From positions 7,616,001 through 7,680,000 of the forward strand of contig CBDBDQ010000005.1 in assembly GCA_965203905.1 (NCBI GenBank): a DNA stretch of 64,000 bases, written 5' to 3'. Every line of letters begins with the position of its first letter. Positions within the stretch are counted from its first letter, which is position 1. This DNA comes from Spirochaetia bacterium (GTDB lineage: Bacteria > Spirochaetota > Spirochaetia > SZUA-6 > Bin103). The notes beneath the pieces were generated by a model that saw only the letters and a list, made by a program, of their open reading frames with translations, had not been told where the DNA came from and did no database searches. This document shows positions 29,237 through 42,121 of the stretch, one piece after another. Made by a program: the position numbers and the translations under genes.

Positions 29237-30850
29237 CTACCGGACGAGTCTCAGGTGCGGCACGGGGTTCGGGTGTTCCAGCGACGGCACGTTGCCTTCA
29301 GCGTAACGTTGGCGGTGGGTACGCTCCCACTCCTGCTGCTCGTGGAACGTCCAGTAGGCGTCGAAATCGCCGCTGCTGCGCAGCGCCCTGAGGCGCAGTA
29401 CCGCTTCGGCCGAGCGTAGTCGCCAGCGCGCACCGGTAATGCCAAGGCGGTCGTTGACCAAGTGCCGGCAGGCGCCTTCGACGACGCCCGAGCCAATCGG
29501 CAGCCCAGCGGCCAGGTAGCGGTCGTAGGCCAGGTAGCCCTGGTACTTCAGCAGGTAGTTGGCGCACTGGTCGATCGGTCGCCGCTGCCGCTTCGTCAGG
29601 CGGCGCCTGGTGGCGCTCCGGCGCATGCCGGCAGCCACCGAGCGGGCGCGGCCTTCCAGGATACGTCCCAGGCGCTGCAAGACCCACTGCTCCAACCGTT
29701 GGCTGCCTTCGGCCTCCAGGGCGTGGCCGGCTTTCCACAGGTATTCGAGCACGTGAAAGATGTCCAGCACGATGGTCACCTGCACCCCGTGGTGCGCGGC
29801 CAGCTCTGCCAGGAGGTCCAACTGCGTCCGGTTGCCGTCGACCACCGCGACCCAGGTCTGCTGCTGCTGCGGATCGCGCTCGCGCGCTTCTCGGAACGCC
29901 TCCTGCAACATCTGCCGAGGTTCCTGCTTCAGACTCGCCCACACGCGCTTGTGCTGCGGTCGCGGTCGCGGCGGCGAGCGTTGCTGCTCGGCGTCCTCAG
30001 CGCGCGCCAGCAGCGCCAGCATCTGCTGCGGCGTGCGCACGTGGGCGGCCACCGAGTAGACGACCGCCACCGTGGCCATGCGCTTGCGGTTGCGTTTCTC
30101 GCCCTTGCTCAGGCGCGTGGCCAGCTTGCCACGCGCCGTGCGCTCGCTGGCCGCGCGCGTGGCAGGTCGCAGGTCCTGCTGGTGCATGACCACGCCCTTG
30201 GCGTCGCTGGTGATCACCAGCAGGGCATCCTCAGTCGCCTGCGGCTCGACCGCTCCGTGGTCGGCGACCGTCTGCTCCGCAGACGCTTGCTGGCGCCGCT
30301 GCTGGTAGAAGGCGTCGAAGTCCTGCGCCGCCCGACTGACCAGTTCTTCCACCTGCCGCTTGCCGATCTTGGCACCGGTGCAGCGATTGAGCGTCTCCAC
30401 CGTCTCGTCAAACGAGTTCTTCGCTGCTTCCAGCGCTACTCGCCGCCGCACCTCCAGCGAGTAGCGCTCGGCGGGAAGGTTCAACTGCGCATCCAGCGGA
30501 TGCAGGCTCGCTTGCCCCTCCGCCCCGTAGCCGGTGCGCGCTACCTGGACGGTGCCGAAGATCGTCTCCAACTGGCGCTGCTGGGTCCGCTGGCGCGTGC
30601 GCGGCTGGCCTTGCGCATCCACCACCTCTGCGCTGACCTGCGCCTCGGCCTGCTGGTCAAGACAGTTCTGGTAGAGTTGCCGTAACAGTTCCTGACCTTC
30701 GCTGGTCAGCAGTCGCTCCAGGTCACTGTGCTTCATCTGTCGCGTCTCTACGTCGTTGGCTATTCGCAGCAGGTGCTCGAACCGCGCCCGCGTGGCAGCG
30801 AAGGGGTCGGCGGCCGGCTCACTCGCCCACGCCTGAGGAGCGCCCATCAC
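29237..30850 (-). CDS. ISKra4-family DDE transposase
   Basis: TIFGTV-x-x-x-R, PLDAQLNLP, SDAKG, VDG, LDIFHVLEYL, PIGSGVVEGACRH, GARW. Confidence 0.92.
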   Translation of the reverse strand: MMGAPQAWASEPAADPFAATRARFEHLLRIANDVETRQMKHSDLERLLTSEGQELLRQLYQNCLDQQAEAQVSAEVVDAQGQPRTRQRTQQRQLETIFGTVQVARTGYGAEGQASLHPLDAQLNLPAERYSLEVRRRVALEAAKNSFDETVETLNRCTGAKIGKRQVEELVSRAAQDFDAFYQQRRQQASAEQTVADHGAVEPQATEDALLVITSDAKGVVMHQQDLRPATRAASERTARGKLATRLSKGEKRNRKRMATVAVVYSVAAHVRTPQQMLALLARAEDAEQQRSPPRPRPQHKRVWASLKQEPRQMLQEAFREARERDPQQQQTWVAVVDGNRTQLDLLAELAAHHGVQVTIVLDIFHVLEYLWKAGHALEAEGSQRLEQWVLQRLGRILEGRARSVAAGMRRSATRRRLTKRQRRPIDQCANYLLKYQGYLAYDRYLAAGLPIGSGVVEGACRHLVNDRLGITGARWRLRSAEAVLRLRALRSSGDFDAYWTFHEQQEWERTHRQRYAEGNVPSLEHPNPVPHLRLVR

Positions 30851-31756
30851 TCAGCCCTGCGCCAGCCGGCGTTGCGCGTCGGCCACCAGAGGATACACCA
30901 GAACCCGCTTCGGCGCTTGCCCATGACGGGTATGGGCGCGGTCCATGCGTCCCCGACCTGCCGTGGCGCCCAACTCGATCCAGTTGGCAGCCCGGTAGCA
31001 GGTGCCGGCAAAGCGACCGCTATCCACCAGCGTCTCCAGCAGCAGCGGCTCGACCGCGAACCGCTGCTGCCAATCGGCAGCCAGCCGCCCGGCCAGCAGC
31101 GCCAGCAGGCGGCTGGCCAAGTTCTTCACCCGGACCCACGGCAGCACCAGGAAGCGACTGTTGTTGACCACCCGTTGCAGATTGCGTGTCCGAGTCGGTT
31201 CGTCCCAGCCGATCCAGCGCTCGCGCGCCGCCAGCCGCCACGCCGGCGAGGACAGTTGCAACGCCGCCACCAGCGTCGTGGTGGGCTCGCTGACGAACGC
31301 CAGGTAGCGCAGTTGGGCACCGAACGGCACCCGGTAGCCCAGGTAGTGATAGCGGCCCACCAGCTCCCGCCACCAGCGCTGCTCGCCGGCGGTCGTGACC
31401 GGCTCCAGGTGTACGCTGCCGAACTGCCCGACGGTGCCGCATACTGGCCGTCCCGGCTCGCCAGCCGGCGTGCACGGCACCTCGGTGTGCGAGCCCAGCG
31501 GGCGCCCGGTGCTGCGCTTCGGCGGCAGGCGCAGGCGACCGCTGCGCTGCAGCATTGCAAACAGATCACGACATTCGCGGACCTTCAGCGCACCGTTCGG
31601 GCGCTGCCAGCGCAGCCGCCGACACACCTGCACCATCAACTGCGTACGACTGAGGCGGCCACCGGCGGCAACGATCTGGCAGACGATCCGCAGTTCAGCC
31701 TCACTGAACGTTCTGCCGGCGCTGCGCACGCCCTCGCTGTTGGCATTCATCGGCAC
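30851..31756 (-). CDS. DUF4338 (DruA-like, Mom/GNAT-like) protein
   Basis: YHYLGY…GAQLRY, RERWIGW, NNSRFLVLPWV, ETLVD, GTCYRAANW…GRG. Confidence 0.85.
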   Translation of the reverse strand: MPMNANSEGVRSAGRTFSEAELRIVCQIVAAGGRLSRTQLMVQVCRRLRWQRPNGALKVRECRDLFAMLQRSGRLRLPPKRSTGRPLGSHTEVPCTPAGEPGRPVCGTVGQFGSVHLEPVTTAGEQRWWRELVGRYHYLGYRVPFGAQLRYLAFVSEPTTTLVAALQLSSPAWRLAARERWIGWDEPTRTRNLQRVVNNSRFLVLPWVRVKNLASRLLALLAGRLAADWQQRFAVEPLLLETLVDSGRFAGTCYRAANWIELGATAGRGRMDRAHTRHGQAPKRVLVYPLVADAQRRLAQG

Positions 31757-31926
31757 CCTCCGCTGACGACGGAGCCACCGTACCGAGTCGTGGGGCCCTT
31801 GCTATGCCCGCCAGCACGATACGTGGCTACGTGGCAGCCTATGGCCCGTTCCCCAAGCGTATGCCGCTGAACCAGCGCCGGGCGTCCGACAGAACCCCCA
31901 ATTAACGCATCAAACTGAAGATAGAG

Positions 31927-31949
31927 GTCGTCCTAAAAGAGCCGCACCC
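31927..31949. repeat. IS terminal inverted repeat
   Basis: GTCGTCCTAAAAGAGCCGCACCC. Confidence 0.9.
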
Positions 31950-32116
31950 AAGTAATACAGGGGAGCGGTTCGGAACAACCACGGCAGCCGGGGTCGTCGT
32001 CGCCCACCACCCAGTCTCCCCCTGATCGGCACGGCTAGGCGCGCGGGGCGTCCCACCACTTGCAGGCTTGGTGCCGATAGAGCCGCGGAATCGGTCGAAC
32101 GGCTGTGTGGCCCGCG

Positions 32117-32509
32117 CTATGGCTGGCGCTCTTCGTCCTGGGTGGGGAAATCGGCCGGCATGGTGATTTCGATCACCTGCCAGTCTTCGGAATACTCCAG
32201 CACCTCGTGCCTGACGCCGGGAGCCTGGTACCAGGCATCTCCCTCCTCGACCCGAATCTCGCCGATGTCCTCCAGGTAGATCCGCGCCCAGCCCTTGATC
32301 TGGTAGACCATCTGGAAGTCGAGGGTGTGGGAGTGGTAGCCCATCGGCCCCGTGCACGGCTGGTCGGCGCGGATCACGTGCGCCAGGACCTTGCCACCGG
32401 TGGCGGCCTTGATACCCAGGTCGCGGTAGGCGAAGTACGACCGCAGTCCCCCCTTCTCCCACCGGGCACCCCTCGCGTGGGCGGCAAACGATTTCGCTCT
32501 CTCAGCCAT
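32117..32509 (-). CDS. Cupin domain protein
   Basis: GLRSYFAYRDLG, YHSHTLDFQ, PGVRHE; GGAG RBS. Confidence 0.85.
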   Translation of the reverse strand: MAERAKSFAAHARGARWEKGGLRSYFAYRDLGIKAATGGKVLAHVIRADQPCTGPMGYHSHTLDFQMVYQIKGWARIYLEDIGEIRVEEGDAWYQAPGVRHEVLEYSEDWQVIEITMPADFPTQDEERQP

Positions 32510-33269
32510 GCTGTTCTCCTCCTCGGTCGACATCCAGAATATGACGCGCCGCCGCGTCGAGTCTGGCATACATCTCCGGCTGGATGAGCTTACGCTGGTC
32601 GTTCTGCTGCTCCTGGTCGCGCCGCACGAAGGCGGAGTGCAGCGCCCGCCGCCGCACGTCGCTGGAATTATGCGTACCACCGTGCCACAGGTGCGAGTTG
32701 AAGACGACCACGGTGCCCACGGGAGCCAGCAGCTTGATCTCATCCGGGTGCGGGTCCAGGAGACTGCCCATCACGTCAGCCGGCACTTTCCCACTACGGT
32801 GTGACCCCGGCACCACCCGGGTCGCGCCGCTCTCCTCGGTGAACTCGACCAGGGTCCATATCGAATTGCAGATGTAGTAGTCGCCGGGCTCCACGGCTCT
32901 GTCCCAATCCACGTGGAGATCCTGCAGGCCGTAACCGGGACAGGCAATGCGGCTGTTTACGGAGTGCAGCCTGAAGCCGCTTCCCAGTACCTGCAACATG
33001 GCAGCCAGGATCCGTGGATGAGTGAAACACACGTCGAACATCGGGTCTTGGTGAATCACGTCGTCCAGCGACTCCACCCCCTCCTGGTGCCGTACGGACT
33101 CTCCCTGGGCGACCAGTTCGTCCAGCCGCGCACCCATCCTCTCCGCCTGGTCCGGAGTCAGGATCCCCGGCAGTGGCAGAAACCCGTCCCGATCCAGCGT
33201 CCCCTTCTCTTCCCGGGTCAGGGTGTCGTCCCTCACCCCCAGGTCATGGAGTGCCCGTTTCATGTCCAT
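32502..33269 (-). CDS. PhyH family dioxygenase
   Basis: LHVD, GATRVVPGSH, LWHGG-x-x-N…RR; probable ATG 33269. Confidence 0.88.
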   Translation of the reverse strand: MDMKRALHDLGVRDDTLTREEKGTLDRDGFLPLPGILTPDQAERMGARLDELVAQGESVRHQEGVESLDDVIHQDPMFDVCFTHPRILAAMLQVLGSGFRLHSVNSRIACPGYGLQDLHVDWDRAVEPGDYYICNSIWTLVEFTEESGATRVVPGSHRSGKVPADVMGSLLDPHPDEIKLLAPVGTVVVFNSHLWHGGTHNSSDVRRRALHSAFVRRDQEQQNDQRKLIQPEMYARLDAAARHILDVDRGGEQHG

Positions 33270-33495
33270 AGAAATTGAACGCCAGCACCACGATGACAAC
33301 AAAATGATGCCGGTATGAAAAGCCATGGATAAAGTATGACGTTCCTGACATGTTGCGAATCCTCGAGCAGCGTCCCCCAACTGACGGCCGGCGGACGAAT
33401 ACCAAGCCCCAGGAAACTCAACGAGGTTTGCGGCCGTCACGGCCGCTGGTTGCGAGTGCCGCGGCTCGGGACTACCATCGATTCCACGACCTACG

Positions 33496-34452
33496 ATGCG
33501 CGCGCTGGTTACCAGGCTGAGAGAGGACCGGACCCGAGAGAAAGTGCTGGTCGATGACTGGCCGGATCCCGGAAGCCCGTCGGCCGGCCAGGTGCGCACC
33601 CGCACCATCTACTCCGCGGTTACCAACGGGACCGAGCGCAACGACCTGGTTGGGGGCAACTACGCCAACGCGGACGAAGCGCTGCCCAGTGGTTGGGGCT
33701 ATCAGAACGTCGGCGAGGTGATCGAGCTGGGGCCACGGGTCCGCAGCCTGAGTGTCGGCGACCGGTTGTACTTCAGCCAGGACCACGTGGAGTTCTGCCT
33801 GGAGCCGGAAGACGGCCTGCACGTGAAACTGCCGGACGCCGTCGACCCCAGGGAGGCGGCCCTGTTCGGGATGGCCAGCGTGGCGATGCGGAGCTGCCGC
33901 GATGCGGAGCTGCGGATGGGAGACCGGCTGCTGATCGTGGGCGCGGGATGCGTCGGACAGGCCACGGCTCAGATCGCCGCCGCCATGGGTGCCCGCGCCA
34001 CGTTGTGCGACGTCGACCCGCAACGCCTGGCCGTGGCCCGTCAGATCGGCGCCGCCGAAACGGTGCTGGATGTCGCGGGGGACGGCTGGGAACGCAACAT
34101 CCGCGACGGCGAGTTTCGCGTGGTGCTGGACGTCGCCGGCGTCGCGGGCATGGAGGAGAAGCTGATCGCGGCGGCACAGCAGCGCGGGACGGTCCTGTTC
34201 GTCGCCGGAAGGTTCGAGGTGGCGTATCCGTTCAACCTGGGCCAGCGGCGTGAGATCACGCTCAAGCAGAACAGCCACTTCGACCGTTCGGACCTCGAAA
34301 ACCTGTGCCGCCTGGTGCAGCGGGGACTGGTACGACTGGCACCGATGATCCGCGACACGGTCCCTGTCGCGGAGGCCGAATGGGTGTACGATACGCTGCG
34401 GGACGAACCAGCCAGGCTGTTCGGAACCGTTTTCGACTGGAGTAGCACGTGA
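33496..34452 (+). CDS. Zinc-binding (MDR) alcohol dehydrogenase family
   Basis: GTE, GYQNVGEV, VGDR, VGAGCVG. Confidence 0.85.
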   Translation: MRALVTRLREDRTREKVLVDDWPDPGSPSAGQVRTRTIYSAVTNGTERNDLVGGNYANADEALPSGWGYQNVGEVIELGPRVRSLSVGDRLYFSQDHVEFCLEPEDGLHVKLPDAVDPREAALFGMASVAMRSCRDAELRMGDRLLIVGAGCVGQATAQIAAAMGARATLCDVDPQRLAVARQIGAAETVLDVAGDGWERNIRDGEFRVVLDVAGVAGMEEKLIAAAQQRGTVLFVAGRFEVAYPFNLGQRREITLKQNSHFDRSDLENLCRLVQRGLVRLAPMIRDTVPVAEAEWVYDTLRDEPARLFGTVFDWSST

Positions 34453-35111
34453 TGACAGACAAGCCCGTGAAAACCGCCGTGGTCACCGGCGGTCACCCCT
34501 TCGACGTAGTGAATTTCCACCATCTGTTCCGCGAACTGGAGGGCATCCAGCCTTACGTTCAGCACATGGACGAATTCGCCTCCTCTGCCGAGGAAGAACG
34601 CGACTCGTACGAGTGTGTCGTGTTCTATTCCATGCTCAGGGACGGTCCGAGCGACACCGGCCAGCCCGGCTACGCAGGCAAGCCCAAGACCGCGCTGGAG
34701 CATCTCGGCGCGAGTGAGCAGGGCATCCTCCTGCTGCACCACGCGATCCTGGCCTACCGTCAGTGGCCGCTCTGGGACGAGCTGGTGGGCATCGGCGACC
34801 GTTCGTTCGGCTATCACCACGACCAGTCGCTCCAGGTCGAGACCACGGACCGGCCGCACCCGATCACCAGCGGAATCGCGTCGTGGGAGATGATCGACGA
34901 GACCTACACCATGGCCGATGCCGGGGCGGACAGCGAAGTCCTGCTCACCACCCACCACCCCAAGAGCATGCGCACGCTTGCGTGGACCCGCACCCACAGG
35001 AACGCGCGCGTGTTCTGCTTCCAGTCCGGCCATGACAATCAGACCTGGCAGGACGAAGGATTTCGCGAGGTCCTGCGGCGCGGCATCCTCTGGGCGGCAC
35101 GCCGGATCTGA
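34449..35111 (+). CDS. ThuA-like domain protein
   Basis: TGGHPFD, LLHH, HPIT, DETY, RVFCFQSGHD. Confidence 0.85.
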   Translation: MMTDKPVKTAVVTGGHPFDVVNFHHLFRELEGIQPYVQHMDEFASSAEEERDSYECVVFYSMLRDGPSDTGQPGYAGKPKTALEHLGASEQGILLLHHAILAYRQWPLWDELVGIGDRSFGYHHDQSLQVETTDRPHPITSGIASWEMIDETYTMADAGADSEVLLTTHHPKSMRTLAWTRTHRNARVFCFQSGHDNQTWQDEGFREVLRRGILWAARRI

Positions 35112-35138
35112 CGCTCGTCCGACGACCGGCGCAGGTTC

Positions 35139-35588
35139 ATGTCCTCGACGAACGACACTCCGGGTACGCATGTCGGCGCCTACGGGTGGTGCCGCGACCC
35201 GGCCGGCCGACTGCTCCTGGTGCGCATCACGGCCGGGCTGGAAGATGCGGGGCGCTGGACGATGCCCGGTGGCGGGATCGAGTGGGGCGAGCACCCGGAT
35301 GCGGCGGCGCGGCGTGAGCTGGCCGAGGAGACCGGCATCTCGGATTTCCGCAGGATGCAGTTCGCCGCGATCTGCTCCCATACCTACGGGGCCGCTGTGC
35401 GGTTCGCGCGGTCCCCGCTCCACCACATCGGCATCGTCTACGAGATGACTCCAGAGCGGTTCGAGTTGAAGTTCGAGGAGGACGGCTCGACCGACCGTTG
35501 CGAGTGGTTCACCGAGACCGAGGCTCGCGCGCTGCCGCTGACGCCGCTGGCGGAGTTCGCCATCGAGCTGACCTGGCCACCATCGTAG
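35139..35588 (+). CDS. NUDIX hydrolase
   Basis: PGGGIEWGEHPDAAARRELAEETG. Confidence 0.9.
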   Translation: MSSTNDTPGTHVGAYGWCRDPAGRLLLVRITAGLEDAGRWTMPGGGIEWGEHPDAAARRELAEETGISDFRRMQFAAICSHTYGAAVRFARSPLHHIGIVYEMTPERFELKFEEDGSTDRCEWFTETEARALPLTPLAEFAIELTWPPS

Positions 35589-35755
35589 CCGCCAAGCGGC
35601 GCGGGCTGGAGCAACCGGTCCCGCTCAACGGGGGGCGCCCACTCATGCCTTCAGCTTCGCTCCGCAGCCCGTCAGGTCAACGCGGCTCTCCGTCACGGGC
35701 AGCCGCGCCCTCCCGCCACGGTTGACGGCGCGTCCGTTCAGGCGTGAGATAGCGT

Positions 35756-38109
<2,354 letters not shown>

Positions 38110-38131
<22 letters not shown>

Positions 38132-39546
38132 TCACCGACGCCATCAGCGGCGAGCCCGCGGCGTGCACGGTGCACGTGCTGTCCGCCGACGGCCGGTTCG
38201 TCCATCCCGAGGGCGCGGTGCTCAAGGTGGGCCCCGGCACCCCGGCGTTCTACTGTGCCGGCAGCTTCGAGGTGACGGTACCGACCGGCGGGGTGCGGGT
38301 GCTGGTCGAACGCGGCACCGAGTACGTGCCGCTGGAACGCAACCTGACCGTCACCGAGACCCAGAACGTCGACCTGGAACTGCCGCTGCAGCGCTGGACC
38401 CACCTTACCGAGCGCGGCTGGTATCCCGGCAACACCCACATCCACTACGACGAGAAGGAACAGCAGCGTGACCACCGGCTGGAGCTGGAAGGTCACGTGC
38501 ACGACTTCTCGGTGACCGTGGTCAGCGTGCTGCGGCGCTGGGACCTGGACTACGCCAGCAACCACTTCCCGATCGGGGTGATGACCGATCTCAGCACCGC
38601 CCACCACGTGCTCGACATCGGCGAGGAGAACCGCCACAACTTCCACGGTGGAGAGATCGGCTATGGCCACGTCATGTTCCTGCGCATCCGCAACCTGGTG
38701 GAACCGGTCAGCCGCGGCATGCTGGTGGACAGCCTGGACCCCGACTACCCGCCGATCTGCCACGCCTGTGACGAGGCGCGGGCGCAGGACGGCATCGTGC
38801 TCTGGTGCCACAACGGGCGCGGCCTGGAGGCGCCGGTGGCCGCCGCGCTGGGCAAGCTGGACGGCTTCAACCTGTTCGACCCGTTCTGGATGGACCCCGA
38901 GTACGAGATCTGGTACCGGCTGCTCAACTGCGGCATCCCGCTGCCGGCCAGCACCGGCTCCGACTGGTTCGTGTGCTCCAACAACCGCGTCTACGTCGAC
39001 CTGGGCGGCGCGGCCTTCGACTACGACCGCTGGATCGACGGACTCAAGGCGGGCCGCACCTTTATCACCAATGGTCCGCTGCTGCTGCTGCGCGCCGACG
39101 GCGCCGCCCCGGGCGACACGCTGCAGGTGCAGCCGGAGCGCGAGCTGGAGGTGGAAGTCGAGCTGGCCAGCCATCACCGGGTCGACCGCATCGAGCTGGT
39201 ATGCAACGGTGTCGTGGTGCGCCGCTGGAAGCGGCCGGGCGGCGTCGGCAACGAGCGCATTCGGGATCGCGTCGCGGTGCGTTCCGACGGCTGGATCGCG
39301 GCGCGCTGCTACAGCCACGTGCGCGACAGCTACGCCCAGGAGATCTTCGCCCACACCAGCCCGATCTACCTGCGCTGTGGCAGTCCGAACCCGGCCGCCA
39401 AGCCCGACGCCGCCTACTTCATCGCCGGCATCGACGACGCACTGCAGCGCTGGGTGAGCCACAAGCTGCGCTACGGCAGCGACCGCCAGCGCGAGGAAGT
39501 GCGCGAGCTGTTCAAACGCGGCCGCGCCTACTTCGCCGCCCTATAG
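38110..39546 (+). CDS. CehA/McbA family (PHP-like) metallohydrolase
   Basis: GWYPGNTHIH, GEENRH, GH, WCH, GSD, GRTFITNGP, AHTSPIY. Confidence 0.8.
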
Positions 39547-39588
39547 GGCGCGACTGTTCCCAGGTTCCTTCGACATGGGCGAGTGGCC

Positions 39589-40428
39589 TCACCGTCCGAC
39601 CAATCCCGGCAGATTCTCCTGAACCATCCAGCGGGCATTGCAGCTTCCCTTTCGGGGTCCCGTCGGATCGAGGGTGCGGTAGCCCTTGGTGGGAAGCTCG
39701 GCGAGCCGGTCGACTTCGGAGGACTTGCAACCGAAGTATGCGAGGACCCATCCCAGGCGTTTGGCCGGGGCCTTTCCCCAGCGTATGGCGTACTCGGTGA
39801 TCCGCGTGACGTCCACCCGGTCCATCGCCACCTCGAATGCATGAAGAACCTCGCCGAAGTCACCGCAATGCCGCGGCCTCGACAGCCCATCCAACAAGGT
39901 ACGCTCCAGGTCCGTGATGGTTATCCGCGCATCGTGAACCCACACCTGTTCTGTGCCAAACAGGCTGCCCGGGCTCACCCGGACGAATCGATACACCGTA
40001 TCTCCTGCCAGGTAGTCGCCTCTCCGGAGGGTGCTCCCGGCCGCACGCATGCGAGGCGCGGCGGTCGCGGTCGTCGTGAGCACGAACACGGTCCGCGGTA
40101 CTTGCTCCGTCAGACCGTGATAGTGCATGGCCGACCAGTGGGAGATTACCGCCGGGGACGTCAGAGCCATGGCGACTTCGAACTCGTGGACGGACGCGGC
40201 ACCCGGAACCGTGGATGTCAAAGCGTAGAGTCCCCGACGTAGAGAGACGATCCAGCCATCCTTGCGAAGGTGATGGAGGGCCTCGCACACGTAGGCGTCA
40301 GTGAGGCCAACGAGGGGCGCGAGCTCCCGAGCCCGACCCGTCGTGAACCAACGGTCGCCCTCGCGGACAAGGAGCCGCACCAACTCGATTCCTACCCGGG
40401 AACGCTTGAGCTTGGCGTTGACGGACAC
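39589..40428 (-). CDS. Type IV TA AbiEi-family antitoxin (orphan)
   Basis: LRRGLY, ISHWSAMHYHGLTEQVP, TDLERTLLD, RLGW; no abiEii downstream. Confidence 0.85.
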   Translation of the reverse strand: MSVNAKLKRSRVGIELVRLLVREGDRWFTTGRARELAPLVGLTDAYVCEALHHLRKDGWIVSLRRGLYALTSTVPGAASVHEFEVAMALTSPAVISHWSAMHYHGLTEQVPRTVFVLTTTATAAPRMRAAGSTLRRGDYLAGDTVYRFVRVSPGSLFGTEQVWVHDARITITDLERTLLDGLSRPRHCGDFGEVLHAFEVAMDRVDVTRITEYAIRWGKAPAKRLGWVLAYFGCKSSEVDRLAELPTKGYRTLDPTGPRKGSCNARWMVQENLPGLVGR

Positions 40429-40591
40429 TGGTACCCATCCAAGTTTCGCATACCAGGTATGGCTTAGCAGGGATACGGAGAAAATTGGAATACGTCCAAT
40501 TTATTTTCATCCCTAACAAAGTGGAGATCAGCCCCGAACATCATACGATCCACGATTGGCGGCCAACCAGGCAAGACGCTACCCTCCGCCT

Positions 40592-41020
40592 ATGAAAACT
40601 ACCGTGTCGTCGAAGGGCCAGATCGTAGTGCCCGCCGAGTTCCGCCGCCAGGATGCCATTGAGCCGCTGCCCGCACACGAGCCGCCGAAGAACAAGGGAC
40701 TGGTGGACCTGCTGCTGTCCTGCCCGGTGAAGGACTGGCATGTCCCCGTGCCGTCCGAATCCAGCAACCGTATCAACCCGCCCGACTGGTGACCGGCGAG
40801 ACCTCGAGATCTGGTTCGAACAGGTGGTGCGGCGGGTCGAATGCCCCGCATGGGACGCCCGGACCGGCGTGCGCTGGGCGGAACTGCTGGCACACAGATG
40901 CGGCTTGACGGCAGAACCATGGCGGTACGGGACAGCCTGATCGCGGCCTCGGCCTTGACCCATGCGCTCACGCTGACCACGCGCAAGGTCGACGACTTCG
41001 CTGCCTGCGGGTCAGTTGGC
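40592..41020 (+). pseudogene. Degraded VapBC-type pair (AbrB/MazE antitoxin + PIN toxin fragment)
   Basis: MKTTVSSKGQIVVPAEFR; DSLIAASALTHALTLTTR-x-x-DDF; PIN N-terminus missing. Confidence 0.75.
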
Positions 41021-41083
41021 GAATCCTCTCGCGCGCGCGCCGGAGCAGCAGTCGTGAGCCGCCCCGTTCGACGGCGTGTGCCC

Positions 41084-42070
41084 CTATCCGTGATCCTCTT
41101 CGAGCGGGCGGCCGGGCAGTGATCGGCGCCCGTGCACGGCATCCCAGCGGTCCTGCACCTCCTGCAGCAGGCGCATGGTGGGCAGCACCGCCCGGCCCGG
41201 CACTGCCGGCGCACGCCCCTGCTCCAGGGCCGCGATGAAGTCCACGGTGCAGCGCGTGCAGTTCGCCTGCTCGCTCTCGATCGACTGGGTGCCGGCGCCC
41301 GTGGTCAGCGTGCTCTCCAGGATGTTCAGCCGGTAGGAATCGCGGTCGGTCACGATCATGGTGTCGTAGATGCGCTCGCGGGAGTAGTAGGAGCCGGAGC
41401 ACAGCAGGCTCTGGTCGGCCTCGGTCTCGATCAGCAGCACCACCTCCATCGGGATGCCGGTGTTCGGATCGGGCGCCGGCATGAAGTGGTTCACCGAACG
41501 GATCGGCGCGCCCTCCACCGCCAGCATCCACAGCCCCAGGTCGAGCAGATGGGTGGTGTGGTGCCACAGCAGGTTGTCGATCCAGCTCCGGTGGTAGCCG
41601 GTGGCACCGATGTTCTTCAGGCGGTGGATGAAGAAGCGGCCGTGGATATGGCGGATGTGCTCCTTGCCGCACGCAAGCCGCTCGCGCAACGGCACCCGCT
41701 CCCTGCGAAAGCGCATCGGGTGGACGACCCCCAGGGTGAGGCCTCGCCGTTCCGCCTCCATCACCACCCGCTCCGCGTCCGCAAGGTTCATCGCGATCGG
41801 GATCTCCACCAGGGTCGGCTTGTCGTGGGCCAGGCACTGCAACGCGGTGCGGGCGTGCAGCTCGCTGGGGTTGGCCACGATCACCGCATCCACGGCCGGA
41901 TCCGCCAGTGCCTCCCCCAGGTCGACGCCCCAGCGCCGGTACCCGTAGCGCGCCGCGAACTCGGCGGTCGGCTCGGCGCGCCGCCCCACCAGAAGATGGC
42001 GCGCCTCCGGCGCCAGCGCCTCGGAATGCCACACCCCCATCATCCCGTGCCCGACCATGCAGACGTTCAT
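41084..42070 (-). CDS. Gfo/Idh/MocA oxidoreductase (LigC-like)
   Basis: VGHGMMG, VEIPIA, RSWIDNLLWHHTTHLLD. Confidence 0.88.
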   Translation of the reverse strand: MNVCMVGHGMMGVWHSEALAPEARHLLVGRRAEPTAEFAARYGYRRWGVDLGEALADPAVDAVIVANPSELHARTALQCLAHDKPTLVEIPIAMNLADAERVVMEAERRGLTLGVVHPMRFRRERVPLRERLACGKEHIRHIHGRFFIHRLKNIGATGYHRSWIDNLLWHHTTHLLDLGLWMLAVEGAPIRSVNHFMPAPDPNTGIPMEVVLLIETEADQSLLCSGSYYSRERIYDTMIVTDRDSYRLNILESTLTTGAGTQSIESEQANCTRCTVDFIAALEQGRAPAVPGRAVLPTMRLLQEVQDRWDAVHGRRSLPGRPLEEDHG

Positions 42071-42121
42071 GCACGGGAGCCTATACCCAGGGAGCGCTGC
42101 GTGTCGTCGGAACCGCAGCAG

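Larger units (their letters stand above)
29037..31949 (-). mobile_element. ISKra4-family insertion sequence (2913 bp) with DUF4338 passenger
   Basis: 23-bp TIRs GGGTGCGGCTCTTTT(GC/AG)GACGAC, 21/23 identical; encloses the transposase and one other ORF. Confidence 0.9.

Noticed and set aside
30851-31756. Druantia anti-phage system
   Set aside because: Only a DruA-like domain inside IS ends; no druE helicase or other dru genes
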